Of a stretch of 64,000 nt of DNA, positions 43,603 through 55,500 are shown piece after piece. The notes under the pieces are model-generated. The model had not been told where the DNA came from. It was given only the letters and a program-made list of their open reading frames with translations, and did not search any database. The stretch is from Trypanosoma brucei (Eukaryota). Positions within the stretch are counted from its first letter, which is position 1, and every line of letters begins with the position of its first letter. Location of the stretch: NCBI GenBank assembly GCA_000002445.1, contig AL929603.2:864001-928000 (forward strand). Reading direction: 5' to 3'. The position numbers were made by a program, and so were the translations under genes.

Positions 43603-44099
43603 GGAGTGAATGGCATTTCGGCCCCCCCCCCAAAAAAAAAACATGTGCAGTGTGTGACGGTTTTCCTCCTTTTCAATTTGCTTTCCCTGAATATAAACAA
43701 GTATTACACATGTATATGTGTTTGCTTGTGTTATGTGCTGCCCCACAGACGCTTTAACTGAGCCTCGTGTCTTTTATCGTTTTTTTTTTGCGATCTTTTC
43801 ATCTCCTATTGAGTTATTTCCTGATCTGGATTCTGTTTCCCTTTTGTATTGTGTGGACATTTCCCCCCTTTTTTGAAAGGATGCGGCTTAGTGCCGAGGA
43901 CAACCGCACCAACACACATCATAGGGGTCGGAAGAATTTGTGACGAAGAAGTGCAGTTAACATATCTCTATCTATACATCTATCTATATATATTGTACGC
44001 ATATACATATATCTCACCGAAGGGAGAACGGGAAAGGAGTGGTGGTTGTGTTGGCACCGTAGAGTAACCAACAACCAAACGGGCAAATTGTAAATCCAC

Positions 44100-44966
44100 A
44101 TGCCCATCACTGGACCGTCACATTCGCTTCGGTTTGGACCCGATGATACCGGCAGGGAGGGATGCTCTCAAGGGCCATTATTGGGCACATCAACCGGGCA
44201 GTCCCGTCTCGATGGGAGCAGCGCATCACTGAATGCCATTGCTCGATTTCGTTCTTTGGATAGATCTTTTCCCGTTGCGCAAGCTCTACGACAGAGGGTG
44301 AGGGGACCAGAACCTGCCGCCCCAACATCCGCAATTCAGCGCGCCGCCCCTCTCAGTAATGAAAATTCCGGCATTAACCGATCGGGAATCAACAACACCC
44401 GCGGCTCGTCGGTGGTTTCACCATATGGCATAGGCCCAGCTGCTCTTGTCTACCCAACTCATTCACAAACATCAGCGGTGGAATCCATGTCCCGGTCATC
44501 ATCGTCATCGTCGTCATCGTCATTGCCTCCTCGGCAACTAAATGAGTTGTGGCAGATGGTACGAGATCTCAGGGCAGAAAATGCTGTACTGCAGCAGCGA
44601 GTTGGTATATTGATGGAGGGCGGTGATGAGAAATTTGAGGAGACACTGCAGGGCATTCCACTGCATGGGACTGAGCATGAAAAGAATACCACGGGAGTAT
44701 CTTCAAATAACACCACCACTACCACCAGTGCCGCACGTCCTAGCAGTGAGAAAGCTGGTGCAGTTTCCGATACTACACTTCTCAGCGAAGGAAGTGGAGG
44801 TAAGAATGGACATATGACACCATATCTATTTGCAGAGAGGGAAGCGATGCTAAAGCGAATACGGCGGTTGGAAGCGGCACTAAAGTTGGAGGCGATGGAA
44901 CGTGATGCGCTGGAACTGCGGTTGAGAGCTCAGGAACGTGTACTTGCCCGGTTTGTGCAACAATGA
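44100..44966 (+). CDS. hypothetical low-complexity protein with C-terminal coiled coil
   Basis: 288-aa ORF on the transcribed strand with a polypyrimidine tract upstream (about 43790-43900). It is Ser/Thr-rich (S9 run) and has a C-terminal heptad region (EREAMLKRIRRLEAALKLEAMERDALELRLRAQERVLARF). No family recognised. Confidence 0.55.
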   Translation: MPITGPSHSLRFGPDDTGREGCSQGPLLGTSTGQSRLDGSSASLNAIARFRSLDRSFPVAQALRQRVRGPEPAAPTSAIQRAAPLSNENSGINRSGINNTRGSSVVSPYGIGPAALVYPTHSQTSAVESMSRSSSSSSSSSLPPRQLNELWQMVRDLRAENAVLQQRVGILMEGGDEKFEETLQGIPLHGTEHEKNTTGVSSNNTTTTTSAARPSSEKAGAVSDTTLLSEGSGGKNGHMTPYLFAEREAMLKRIRRLEAALKLEAMERDALELRLRAQERVLARFVQQ

Positions 44967-45534
44967 GGTCTCATGGTCTTATCATACTGAAGCTGAGTCG
45001 GCGGATATCTGATCATGATTTGTAGGTGTACGAGGGGAAAAATGGAGAAGGAGAGGGGGAAGGGGGAGGGAGGGAGGGGAAAGTATAAAAGACGTGTCCA
45101 TGTGGAAAAAAAAAAAGGAAGGGGCTACTATGTTTTTATTCAAAAGCAGATTTAATAAGCGAATGCACATCTTGTTTTGCACTGTTTTTTTTTTTCGCCC
45201 GCTACTGGTTGTTCCTGGTGGTCTATATATCGAAACATCCGAGGTTCCACGTGGTATGTACGGGGGTACCATTCGCTTTCTCTGCCCACCCCCCACTCCC
45301 CTTGCCCCCGTTCCCTTATCGTGACTTTGCTACTGTTACCGTCAGTGCTATTATTATTTTTATTATTGTTACTTGTTGTTTCTTTCCACTTCACTAACTG
45401 CTAAAAAGGTGTGAGAAGGAGCGTGCCAGGGAACAGTCATCAGGTGCCACCACTTCTCTGGCTCCTATTTTCCCCCCCTCCGCGTTCCTCCGTCTATTTT
45501 ACGGAGTCATATTAGTTGAAAAGGGTTCAGAAAA

Positions 45535-47871
45535 ATGCAAAAAACCCCTCGATTAACGACGCGAAACCTCTTTGACGAGGTATTTGCCACTATTCCTGCA
45601 GATGTAGTTCTGAACACCGGGCCCGCCTCTCTGAGGGAGAAATACGCCCTGATGGAGAGTATTCAGGCTGAAAATGAAGAACAAAATACTGACGGCATTA
45701 CTTTTACCACTGAGGAAGGGGGCGACAACGGCTCTGCGGCAGACGACCCGGGCCCTAACGGTAATTTGACGGAAGAAGGCATTTTAGATTTCAGCGCGGT
45801 AATGCGCCATGCAGCCAAAAGGACAGAGGAGCAGCAGCATGGGGATCAAGAGCAGGGAGGGGAAGTTCACCGTACGATTGATCTGCAGCTCGACGCTGAG
45901 GACGAGGCGGTGCAGGAGGCTATGAAGTACGCTTCGTTGTTTGACGATGTTGAACAGCCGCAACGTCAGCAGTCCGTTGGGGTTGACGCTGATGGTAATG
46001 AAGGTGGGGATGGAATTGTTAATAACACTGGAGATGGCGGGCCAGGCGTTGGGGCTTCCAGTAAAGGTACAGCAGGAGGGATGTTTACTTCCTCGCACGG
46101 CACAAGACACCATACGATGCAACATCAACATCAACATCAACAGACAAGTGGTTCTGCACAAAACGCGCCACGCAGGCAGCTTACGGCGGAAGAGCAGATT
46201 GCGTTAATGTGCCCTGGGGACGGGAGACGTCATACAGGGCGTTGTGTGTTGTTCAGACAGAACAAAAATTTTGGTTTCATTGCGCCGGACATAGGAAACC
46301 CAGATGTGTATTTCACACGGGAAAGCATTGAATTCACTTTCACTCGCCGTGTACTGGAAGCGTTTTTTGGCATGCCGGTGAGCGCTAACGCGCAGCATAG
46401 AGAAGGAGGAAGAGATGACGGAGTGGATAGCCGCCAGTCCCATCGTCGCCAGCGCCGGCATGGAAGTGAGACAGTTTCTAACACGAGTGGCACCAACAAT
46501 TGCAACAACGAGGGAAGTGGAAATGAGGCCGTGCTTGACGGGTTTGCCATTGCAGAAAGGAATATTGAAAGTAGTTGCACGGGTGAAGTTATCAGGGAAG
46601 AGCAACCGGCTTTGCCTGTGGCTGAGACTAATGCGGGTGGGGAAGTCTCGCTAGAGCAACCTCCAGATTCCGATACGGTGACCTCAAGAGGGGATAAGAA
46701 GGGGAATGGAGTTAAGGCGATGACAACAGTTGGGGTTAGTGAAATAGTGCAGACTGAAGAGGTTAAGGAAAAACCCGATGATGGAAGTGCGGGAAGTGGG
46801 GATAATGGTGGAACTGTTGCCAATGCAGAAGCGAACGATATGATCCAGAGGGCTGCTGCACTCCTTACCCCCGAGGCAGCTCGACTGCTTGCGCTCTTCC
46901 TACAAGTTGGTCAACCCGTTTTGTTGGTGGGGGAACCCTTGACATTTACGGTGCGGTGGAACACTTCTGTTAACCGGACAAACAGACGGTTGCGAGCTGA
47001 CAACATCGGTGGTCTTCCAATAAATCATCACGCATTAGCGATTGAGCAATCTTGGTTTAGTTTCGTCTTTAATCCTGGAGCCGAGCGCGGGCGAGACGGA
47101 AGGGGGAATCGGAACCAAGGCGTGCCAACGGAAGGATCGCCATCAGCCTCAGCGGGGGAAAGTGTGCCCGAAGAAAAAAAAGGTGGTGCTGAAGAGAAGG
47201 TATCGGTTCCCGGGAAGGAAGGGGGCCCAGAGACCGGGGATGCGGTGCAGAAGCAAGGGGGAAATGGACTAATGGAAGGAGGGGATAGTGGAGGTGTGAC
47301 GGTAAAGGAAAATGAGGGGGGGAAGAAGGAGAAGCGGAGGGAACGGGACAAAGGTGGGACAGGAAGCGAACGACCGGTTTGTTCTGTTCTTCGGCGCTAT
47401 CGCGGGGTTATTTACGTTTACGATGCGGATGAGCACCGGGGTCACATTCGCCCTGAAGTGAACGGCTCCTCAACGGTACAATTTAGCAGTGATGCTTTCC
47501 TATGGGCGTCATGGATGGAGGCCGGCAGGCGTCGCCCCGCGGAAGGGCTCGTGGTGAATTACTCTCTTGGTGGCACAAATAAGGGTGGTAAACACATTGC
47601 GACATTAATCACTGCCACTGACGACACTGCTCTGAGTGATACAAACTTGGTGTGGGAGACGAAAGTGGCAAATGAGAGAGCACTCAATATCGGCAGGACA
47701 GCTAGTGGTAATGGCAGCAGAGTGGAGAACGGTGATGGGGACCGGCGTAACGGCGGTGCCGGTGGTGCTACGGGCGCTGGTGGAAATCGTGACGAAGGAG
47801 CAAAGGGGCGAAAGCGTGGACGTGATGAAGAGTTACCATTGCTGGAGGAGGACGACTACGGCATCATGTGA
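45535..47871 (+). CDS. large protein with two cold-shock (CSD/OB-fold) nucleic-acid-binding domains
   Basis: 778-aa ORF. The segment HTGRCVLFRQNKNFGFIAPDIGNPDVYFTRESIEF fits the cold-shock domain pattern G-x-V-x-WF-N-x-x-KGFGFI-x-x-D-x-G-x-DVF-VH-x-S-I. A second, weaker copy is CSVLRRYRGVIYVYDADEHRGHIRPEVNGSSTVQFSSDAF. Gly/Glu/Lys-rich low-complexity linkers and a C-terminal tail surround them. Confidence 0.8.
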   Translation: MQKTPRLTTRNLFDEVFATIPADVVLNTGPASLREKYALMESIQAENEEQNTDGITFTTEEGGDNGSAADDPGPNGNLTEEGILDFSAVMRHAAKRTEEQQHGDQEQGGEVHRTIDLQLDAEDEAVQEAMKYASLFDDVEQPQRQQSVGVDADGNEGGDGIVNNTGDGGPGVGASSKGTAGGMFTSSHGTRHHTMQHQHQHQQTSGSAQNAPRRQLTAEEQIALMCPGDGRRHTGRCVLFRQNKNFGFIAPDIGNPDVYFTRESIEFTFTRRVLEAFFGMPVSANAQHREGGRDDGVDSRQSHRRQRRHGSETVSNTSGTNNCNNEGSGNEAVLDGFAIAERNIESSCTGEVIREEQPALPVAETNAGGEVSLEQPPDSDTVTSRGDKKGNGVKAMTTVGVSEIVQTEEVKEKPDDGSAGSGDNGGTVANAEANDMIQRAAALLTPEAARLLALFLQVGQPVLLVGEPLTFTVRWNTSVNRTNRRLRADNIGGLPINHHALAIEQSWFSFVFNPGAERGRDGRGNRNQGVPTEGSPSASAGESVPEEKKGGAEEKVSVPGKEGGPETGDAVQKQGGNGLMEGGDSGGVTVKENEGGKKEKRRERDKGGTGSERPVCSVLRRYRGVIYVYDADEHRGHIRPEVNGSSTVQFSSDAFLWASWMEAGRRRPAEGLVVNYSLGGTNKGGKHIATLITATDDTALSDTNLVWETKVANERALNIGRTASGNGSRVENGDGDRRNGGAGGATGAGGNRDEGAKGRKRGRDEELPLLEEDDYGIM

Positions 47872-48272
47872 GGGATATATTTTAGTGTCAAATCATCGCG
47901 GTTGAGAAAAAAAAAAGAAAAGGTCTCAGCGAGCAAGAACACGCATGCCGGAAAAAAAAAGAATTGGTCATTCTTACAGCCGGGTATACCCATGTGTATG
48001 TGTGTGTGGTGTTCTTCACCTCCAAAATAGTTTGGAGCTGGGGTGTCCATCTCATTTTTGTCGCAATGGTGTATACTTTCGGTTTTCACATCTGTCGCAA
48101 ATGTTATATTACGTTGCACCACGTACTTTCTTCTCACCCTCACTTTTTATGTCTTATGCGCATCAGATTATAGAAAGAGGACAAATAAAACAAAGCGAAC
48201 TCTCTTATACTCCTTATTATTTACCTAACTTGGTTTTTATAGCTCTGTTTGTACCGTACCTTGCCGGAGTGA

Positions 48273-51161
48273 TTGTGGAGGGGAGTATTCGCTGTTCGAC
48301 AAACACCGAAACAGCCACGACGAATGACGACAACTCAAGGTGAAGTAATCTCCACCACTTTTTTCAGCAGCAAGGCTCTACTGAAATCCCTGCAAGATGT
48401 GAGCCGCAGCCTCCACATAAGTGGTAATCAATTTCTGCCGCCCAACACCGTTTTGCTTTGTGCCGTCGGTTTAGGCTTTTTGGTTGATGGCGTTTATACT
48501 GCAACCGTGTGGTTTCGAAACCGACGGGCCCTTAATGTGGAACGTGCCGTCAACCATCATAATGGGCCGGTGAAGTTTGTGGTGACCGATGAGTTAGAGG
48601 ACCGCGACGAGGAAGCGAAAGCGTGTTTAGTGCAGCAGTACAGTGACGAGTTATGCAAAGCAATTCTTGGGGCGCCGCGGACGTCACCAGGCTCATGGGC
48701 CAGATCTCCCCCTGCAGACGCCGTCGCCGAGTACGAGACACTTCCTGAGCCGATTCGACTGCTGTGGGAGGACCGTGTGAGGTACACTTTGGACGCGCGT
48801 GAGGTCGTGGGTCTTCTGCGCAGGCGGCTGGAGCCTCACTTGGCCGGGTCGAGGTACGGGCCCAGTGCCGCTCTGATGGCATTATTGTGGCGTTTGCAGC
48901 TCCTGCGCACCGTTCACGAGTCTATAGTGATCGCCGGAGACGTGGGACGGTGCAATGCCGAGTTGACCGAACTTGGAAAGCACACAGGAGCTCTTTATCG
49001 AGAGTTTATTTCTACGTTACACGCACCGGTGCGGGTCCCCTTCGACTCTTGCTGGGAGTGTTTGTCCGCCGAAGACGACCGGTTGCGTGGGCAGGCAAGG
49101 GCGTTACAGCTGCGCAACCTTTGGAGTCTCACCAGATATGTGTTTGCAGGGGGGCTCGATAAGTTATGCACTTACGGTATGGTGGGACTGCTCACTGCTT
49201 TTGCTGCCCGTAGTGCGAGTGCGATTTGTACAATCAGGGTGGACGTGGAGCAACTTCTTCCTAATCTCTTTGGCACCGCTGCTTCCATCAATACTGGGGG
49301 AACCACCGGGGACGGTGCCATCGTCTCATGGACTGCCATGCACATCGTCGTAGCGCGTCTTCTCGTTTCCGAGTGGATGTTGCACATGTTGCGTCTGGGA
49401 ATCACACGGGTAACACAGGACTACACCCACGCCTCTGCTGCATGGCGCAGGGACACTGTGAAGCACCGACTATACGATGCACTCACGCGGACACCCTTAA
49501 GTTACTTCGACAAAACGGAACGTTACGCTGTTGAGGAGATTGTGTACTACGTTAATGACCTTGAGGGGGTTGATGTTTTTGTGCATGACTTCTTTACGCG
49601 GCTGGCACAGTCTGGCATTTCATTGTGTGTGGCATTAAGGGTGTTAGACATGCGGAGTGCGGTGACCGTTATGGGAGCGGTTGCTGGAGCAAGTCTTTTA
49701 AATGCTAGCCTGAGTTTTCTCAAGAAGACCTACTGCGCCCTCTCATATTGTAATGGGATTGGGTTTGAGGCGGTTGACAGCCCGTCGGATGCAGAGGAGG
49801 AGGAGAATCGGAAAGATACAACAGACCACCTGATGTTCTGTGGGATGGACATTATCGAGCACATCCCCGAGCTGCGCCCGTACGGCGCTGACACCAAACT
49901 GATGGAATGGTGGAACAACTACACCGCTCACTACCGACGGCGTTCCTGTGGCCTGCGTCGTGTTTTCCAATTAACCTATAACTCCCGCTACCTTTGGGCG
50001 ATTGACGCTCTTAAACCGGTCGCACGGTGGCTTCTTCCCGCTATTGTCGCTGCGAATGCTGCGGGCACGTGTCAAATACAAGTCTTTCTTCTTGAGGCAA
50101 TACGGGCCTCGCAGGATGTATTGGAGCGTGTGGTGGACGTTCAGCGTGTTGTGGACGTAGTGGGATATAATGCATACAAGGCTGGGGTGCTTGAACGTAT
50201 CCTCGACTCCAAGAATTGGGAGGATGGAGACACCGCGGAGAGGATCTGTGAGCATACGAATAAGGGCAATATCAGTGATACTACTGCACTTACTTGTGAT
50301 ATGAATGGCGGTACGTATAAGAAAAACAAGGAAGATGGAGAGTTGAGGCTTAAAGGAAACGACGTGGAGGTGCTGGCTGTTCGCGCGAACGGTTTGCAGT
50401 TTCGTTATCCAACAGCACCAACTGTTGATGCCTTTCTGAAGCCCGCTTCGTTTCAATTTGAGTTGAGGAATAGGACGACAGGTCTTGGGCGGCTTGTGTG
50501 CATCACGGGAGTTAGTGGCTGCGGCAAAACAACACTCCTGCGCCTTCTATTGGGGCTTTACGCGCCGGAGAACCCCAACACTCTCCTTCTTGAGTTTCGG
50601 TTGCGACGGCATCATGTGTCGGAATCCAACGGAGGGGGAACGGGTAATAGCGGTAATAAAGAGCAGTGGGCTCCAGTTGAGCTTATACCGCGAGCTCAGC
50701 TTCGGTCTACTTTTTTCAGCTACGTGCCACAGGCCCCAACTATATTTCCTGGCGCGACCATAGCCCAGAATGTCTCACTTCGGAACCGCGTTTCAATTAC
50801 GGATACGTTGGTCCTTGAGCGGGTGCGTGTCTGCACGGAGGCTGCGGGTTGCGGTCATTTCATTAAGCGCTTGCCAAATGGTATCATGACGCCACTGTGC
50901 GTGAATGTTGGTTGGGCGACGCCCGATGCCGTGCGACTGAGTTGTGGTCAGGGGCAGAGACTAATGTTAGCTCGTGCTCTATTCCACTGTTCCAGTGTAC
51001 TTTTGTTGGATGAACCCACAGCAGGGTTAGACAGTGAGACGAAGAAAGCAGTCATGTCACAGTGGCGTGAGTTGCTGTCTTCTGGACTCGTGGGTGGTAT
51101 CATATGCGTGTCGCATGACGCCGATGTGTTGCAAATGGCGGATGAGACCGTAACATTGTGA
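48273..51161 (+). CDS. ABC transporter family protein (N-terminal hydrophobic region plus C-terminal ABC ATPase domain)
   Basis: 962-aa ORF. The C-terminal domain carries a Walker A (ITGVSGCGKTTLL), a Q-loop (YVPQAPTIFPGATIAQNV) and a variant ABC signature (LSCGQGQRLMLARAL). It also has a Walker B (LLLDEPTAGLD) and an H-loop (ICVSHD). The N-terminal ~650 aa has several hydrophobic segments (LLCAVGLGFLVDGVYTATVWF; ISLCVALRVLDMRSAVTVMGAVAGASLL). An alternative start is the Met at 48324. Confidence 0.85.
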   Translation: MWRGVFAVRQTPKQPRRMTTTQGEVISTTFFSSKALLKSLQDVSRSLHISGNQFLPPNTVLLCAVGLGFLVDGVYTATVWFRNRRALNVERAVNHHNGPVKFVVTDELEDRDEEAKACLVQQYSDELCKAILGAPRTSPGSWARSPPADAVAEYETLPEPIRLLWEDRVRYTLDAREVVGLLRRRLEPHLAGSRYGPSAALMALLWRLQLLRTVHESIVIAGDVGRCNAELTELGKHTGALYREFISTLHAPVRVPFDSCWECLSAEDDRLRGQARALQLRNLWSLTRYVFAGGLDKLCTYGMVGLLTAFAARSASAICTIRVDVEQLLPNLFGTAASINTGGTTGDGAIVSWTAMHIVVARLLVSEWMLHMLRLGITRVTQDYTHASAAWRRDTVKHRLYDALTRTPLSYFDKTERYAVEEIVYYVNDLEGVDVFVHDFFTRLAQSGISLCVALRVLDMRSAVTVMGAVAGASLLNASLSFLKKTYCALSYCNGIGFEAVDSPSDAEEEENRKDTTDHLMFCGMDIIEHIPELRPYGADTKLMEWWNNYTAHYRRRSCGLRRVFQLTYNSRYLWAIDALKPVARWLLPAIVAANAAGTCQIQVFLLEAIRASQDVLERVVDVQRVVDVVGYNAYKAGVLERILDSKNWEDGDTAERICEHTNKGNISDTTALTCDMNGGTYKKNKEDGELRLKGNDVEVLAVRANGLQFRYPTAPTVDAFLKPASFQFELRNRTTGLGRLVCITGVSGCGKTTLLRLLLGLYAPENPNTLLLEFRLRRHHVSESNGGGTGNSGNKEQWAPVELIPRAQLRSTFFSYVPQAPTIFPGATIAQNVSLRNRVSITDTLVLERVRVCTEAAGCGHFIKRLPNGIMTPLCVNVGWATPDAVRLSCGQGQRLMLARALFHCSSVLLLDEPTAGLDSETKKAVMSQWRELLSSGLVGGIICVSHDADVLQMADETVTL

Positions 51162-52244
51162 GCGACTCGCTGCTGCTGAAATTGCATTACTCGCAAAACT
51201 AATTGATGCCAATGTGTGGCAGTACATATGTGTGGAGGTAGTTGGGGTATGATGGCGGAAATTTAATACATGAAGCTGACAGCGGTATCGACATTCGTGG
51301 CGTGCTGTTATTTCCAGTTTTGTCATCTCCTTTTGTCTCGTTTTATTTTTATTTTCATGCACATGATCCATTTTCCCTCCGTAGTGTTATGCGCTCTCTT
51401 TGCGTGTCATAATGCCATTTGGTGCATGCACGAATTGTGCGGGTTGGCGTTAGAAGTGATGGGATCAACGTTGGTGGGTATGGGGGGGGGAGGTAAGGGA
51501 GTAACGAAGGCTTTTATGTTTCGTCGCCGTTCACATTAATATTTATCAACAGTTCTACGTGTGGAGCGTGAAGGAAATTTCATTTGGTTCCCTTCAACTT
51601 TTTCCAGCTTCCAGTATCTCCGCTTGTTCGTTGTTTGATTGTTTGTTTTTCCTTTTCATTTTCGTCCCTAAGATTGTTTGTGACATTTTAGTTTGTCTGA
51701 ATACCGCAGTTAGTGAACTTTTTGTCGTCGTATCGTCGTATTATTATTATTATCATTATTATTATTTTTTGGTCACTGGTCTGACTTTTTTAAAAAAGGA
51801 AAAGAAACAGTGGGGGAAGGAAATAGGCATAAATCTGTGTACGAGTGTTTTTCTTTTTTCGTATGTGTGTGTGTGTGTGTGTTCCCCCTTTCCGATTTTG
51901 TGTTAAACCCTTCGAGCTGTTTGGACGTGTCAGACAAACGTTCCGCTCGCTTATTCCATCGGTCTTCGTGATCCCATTTTCCTTTTTTTTTTTTGGGGGG
52001 GGACCAGTACGCGTGTGCGTTTACGCTAAATCACATTGGTTTTCCTTGGGTTTGATCTTCTTTTCCTTCTTCCCTTCTGTCCCATTTTTTTCTTTTTGGT
52101 TTATCGTATTGTACTTATGTGTTTGTGTGTGCCTACTACAAACGTATGCGTGCGTCTCTCTCTCTCTCTCTCTCTGTGGGTTGTGTGTTTCCGTGTTCAA
52201 CATGTACTTCTTTTTCACCCCATTATTCGTGCATCTGCGTGTCA

Positions 52245-52312
52245 ATTCTGTATTTTACCTTTCCTTCTTTCACTTTCTTACTTCTTTTCTCTCTCCATCT
52301 CCCTGCCCATTT
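52245..52312 (+). promoter_or_regulatory. polypyrimidine tract: candidate trans-splicing/polyadenylation signal upstream of the K+ channel gene
   Basis: tgtattttacctttccttctttcactttcttacttcttttctctctccatctccctgcccattttcatg is a C/T-rich run about 220 nt upstream of the ATG at 52526. Confidence 0.35.
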
Positions 52313-52525
52313 TCATGTATTCATGCGCGTGGTATAAAATGTACACATGTGCATATATGCACAAACAATGACAATACGAAAACAAATGATGTAGTGGGAC
52401 TGGTACCCACATCATCCTCCCCTCGAACTTTTTCAAAAAACCAGAGGTTGAAACGGTTGTGTGGGTTCAGCGCGCGTGAGTGGGAAGGTAAACTGTAAGT
52501 AATTTTTCAAATCGAGGAGGCGGAA

Positions 52526-55500
52526 GTGAAGGAGGTGGGGAGGGAAGTGTGCATGTACACGCTGTACCCCCGCTTTGATGCTCAACCCTCCGATCCAGCG
52601 CTTTTGGGGGAGGCTGCAGGAAATGAGTTACTGAAGGAAGTGACAGATCTGACGTCGAAGGGACACCGCATGGACGTTGGTGAATATATTCCCTTTAGGC
52701 GTTCACTGCGGTTCAACACACCTCAAAGCCGCCGCCCGGCCCGGCGCAGACGAGGCCTGCAGGACACGGCACCCGAGTACGAATCTGAGGGAAGCAGTGG
52801 CTTCTGTAGTGATGTATTGGCTACTTTTGCCAGCCAGTTGCGCTGCCTCTTCCCCTGCTGTGGTCCCAGGAGGGTGGAGGATGAGAAGCTTTGGTTTGGT
52901 TTCGCCATGACACGAGGAGTAAGAAATATATACTTGCGTGTGGTGCGGCAGCACCCAATCGTTTCCATGATTGTCTGGTCCGTCCTCTTCTTGTGCGAGA
53001 CAACGATGGTGGCCATTTATTTGTGGCAAGTGTCAGGTGTTGCAGAGGGCGCCACGTGGAATTCTTTCACTGAGGAGGAATTAGGCTTGTGCTTCTGCAT
53101 AAGCAGTGCCCTGTCCATTTTACTACTATCCCAACTGATCTTTGCGTACTCCTTTACGCCTTTTACCATCGTTGTGGTGCTCGTTACAACTATCTATCAG
53201 ATTGTCCTCCTTTTTATGGCCTTGGTTTTCGGCCTGACTTGGGCGAGTCGGATGTACGTTCCGATGTTTCTGCGGTGTTGGCCCATGCGGCAGTATTTTC
53301 TCTTTCTGCTGGACTCCGTGGCCATGTTGTCATCCAGTAGTGATAGGCTCGATGTTGTTCGTTTGGCAGCACCATCGCTTTCGTTGTTCTTAACCATGGT
53401 ATTCACAACTGCGTGCATCTTTCAAATTCAGCAAATTTTTTCCGGCACGATGATTGGCACAATAGATTCGCTGTACTTTGTCATGGCGACCGTATCAACG
53501 ACTGGGTTCGGTGACGTTCTTCCGCAGGGCAACATTGGCCGTATGTTGACGATTGGAATTATCTTTGTCTTTCTTGCGAAGATGCCTTCGTGGATTGTGG
53601 TTGTGGTAGGGATGGTGAAGATGCTGCGTGACTTTCCGAAGTACGGCGGTCCACCGCATCACTTCATCGTGTATGGTCACGTGAGCCAGGAGGACGCTGT
53701 GTCCATACTTGACGAGGTCTTCAAACTATACCCAACGAGATCTGTGTGCTTTTGCAATGCAAGTTTTCCGCGGGATGTTCTATCATTGGGTGGACACCCA
53801 AATTATAGGATGCGCAGTACATTTATGGTAGTGAAGGTACTCAACAAGGCTTCGCTGCATCGCATGCGGGTGAGTGAGGCGGATGCGGTTATCATTTCCC
53901 CAACTAGCGATGGGACGGCGAAGGCGCGGGACGATGACGTGTTTTTGTCCTCCGTTACGTTCCAGCGGCATGCACCTTTTGTTCAGCAGTACCTGCAACT
54001 CCGATTCGGTACCCACATCAAACTGCTGGAGGAGCGCGAAACGATGGTGGATCAGAATATGAGGAGCATTATGGCGAGTGCTCTTATTCTTCCCGGTATT
54101 GTTCCATTTTTGGTGAACCTTGTTCGTACTGCATCGTCAGGTGGAAGCTCTCCGGCTTCTCTGTGGTCTGAGGAGGGAATGGATAACTGGAAGGACCTGT
54201 ACGAATACAGTCGGCGCGCTACATTTCGCACATTTACGGTTCCACCTTATTTTGAGCGGCGGCCTCTGCGGGACGCAGTATACCTGTTGAAGACCTTTAA
54301 TGTATTAGTTGTTGGCGTGGAGGAAGGGAGGAATAGGATGATGATACTCGACCTTGATTATAAACTTGCGTTGAGTGACACTATCCTTGTACTACATGAA
54401 AGTGGTAGCGACAGTGTGGACCTGGCGCTAAGAGCGCTTGACCCAACAGAGGGCTCCCGTGGGAGCATGACGGGGTGTGATAGGAGTGAGCAATGGGAGG
54501 CGCGGATGGCTTCGCCCGCGGCTGATGCATCCGCACAAAGCGGCTCCCGTGGTGACGTGCCGGACGCTGAGGTGGAGGAGTTGGGCGCTGTTGGAATCGA
54601 CAGCGCGAGCCTCATTTACCCGTTCAACCCAAGCTTTGAGGTGCCTACTGGTAGTAATGAGGAGGTGCCATGTCTCGGTACAGAGTGTGACAATTCGCCT
54701 GGAAAGACTCCACCAGTGGCGATGCAGGGACATAAAGGGAAAGCAAATGTGCCATTGCCGAACAGTGTAGCTCTCTCCAAAGGTACCATCACCAGCGTGT
54801 TGGATATGCAGGTCGAAAGACTGCGGAGGAGGCTGTTGGGAGAGGACTTCGTGGTTAAATGTTTCGGTGATGTTTCACTCTCACGCCTTCCTCTAGGCGG
54901 TTCGTTGGCGGTGCTGACGCATTTGCTGAACTGGCGCCAGGCGGTTTGCACAAGGTCTGAGCCTGTGGAATCTTCGGTTGAACGAATAGAGCGGCAGATC
55001 AATGACATACTGAGACATGTAAGTAACGAGTACCAGTGCGGGAGGAGCGGGAAAGCCCCTGGGGAAAACTTTCTTTTTATTGACCATGTGTCCTCGTTCA
55101 AACAACCATTGCTAGAGTCCATGTATGACCATTACCTTAATGACCATGCTTCACGGTTTGAACTCGTACAAATGATGCGTTGCATCCGGGGCATTCACTC
55201 CCGCTCCCGCGTTACACTTCTCAGTTGGCAGAGTCTGAGCGATTCTTTCCTCCGGCAGTGGGACTCTTCATTTGAGTTTCCCCTACGACATATTCGGGGC
55301 TCGAGTACAATGGAGTCTCACTTAAACTATGCCATCAAGGAAAGTGGAGGGGCGGCTAACCTGCGTGGTATTCTCATATACTGCTCACAGCTTAGTCACT
55401 GGGACTTTAAGGACGTCCCGCTTGTTGCTGTGGAGAACAACATACGCGCTATCCTTGATTGCCATGCCACTTCGGAGAAGCAGCAACAGGGGGTGGGCGG

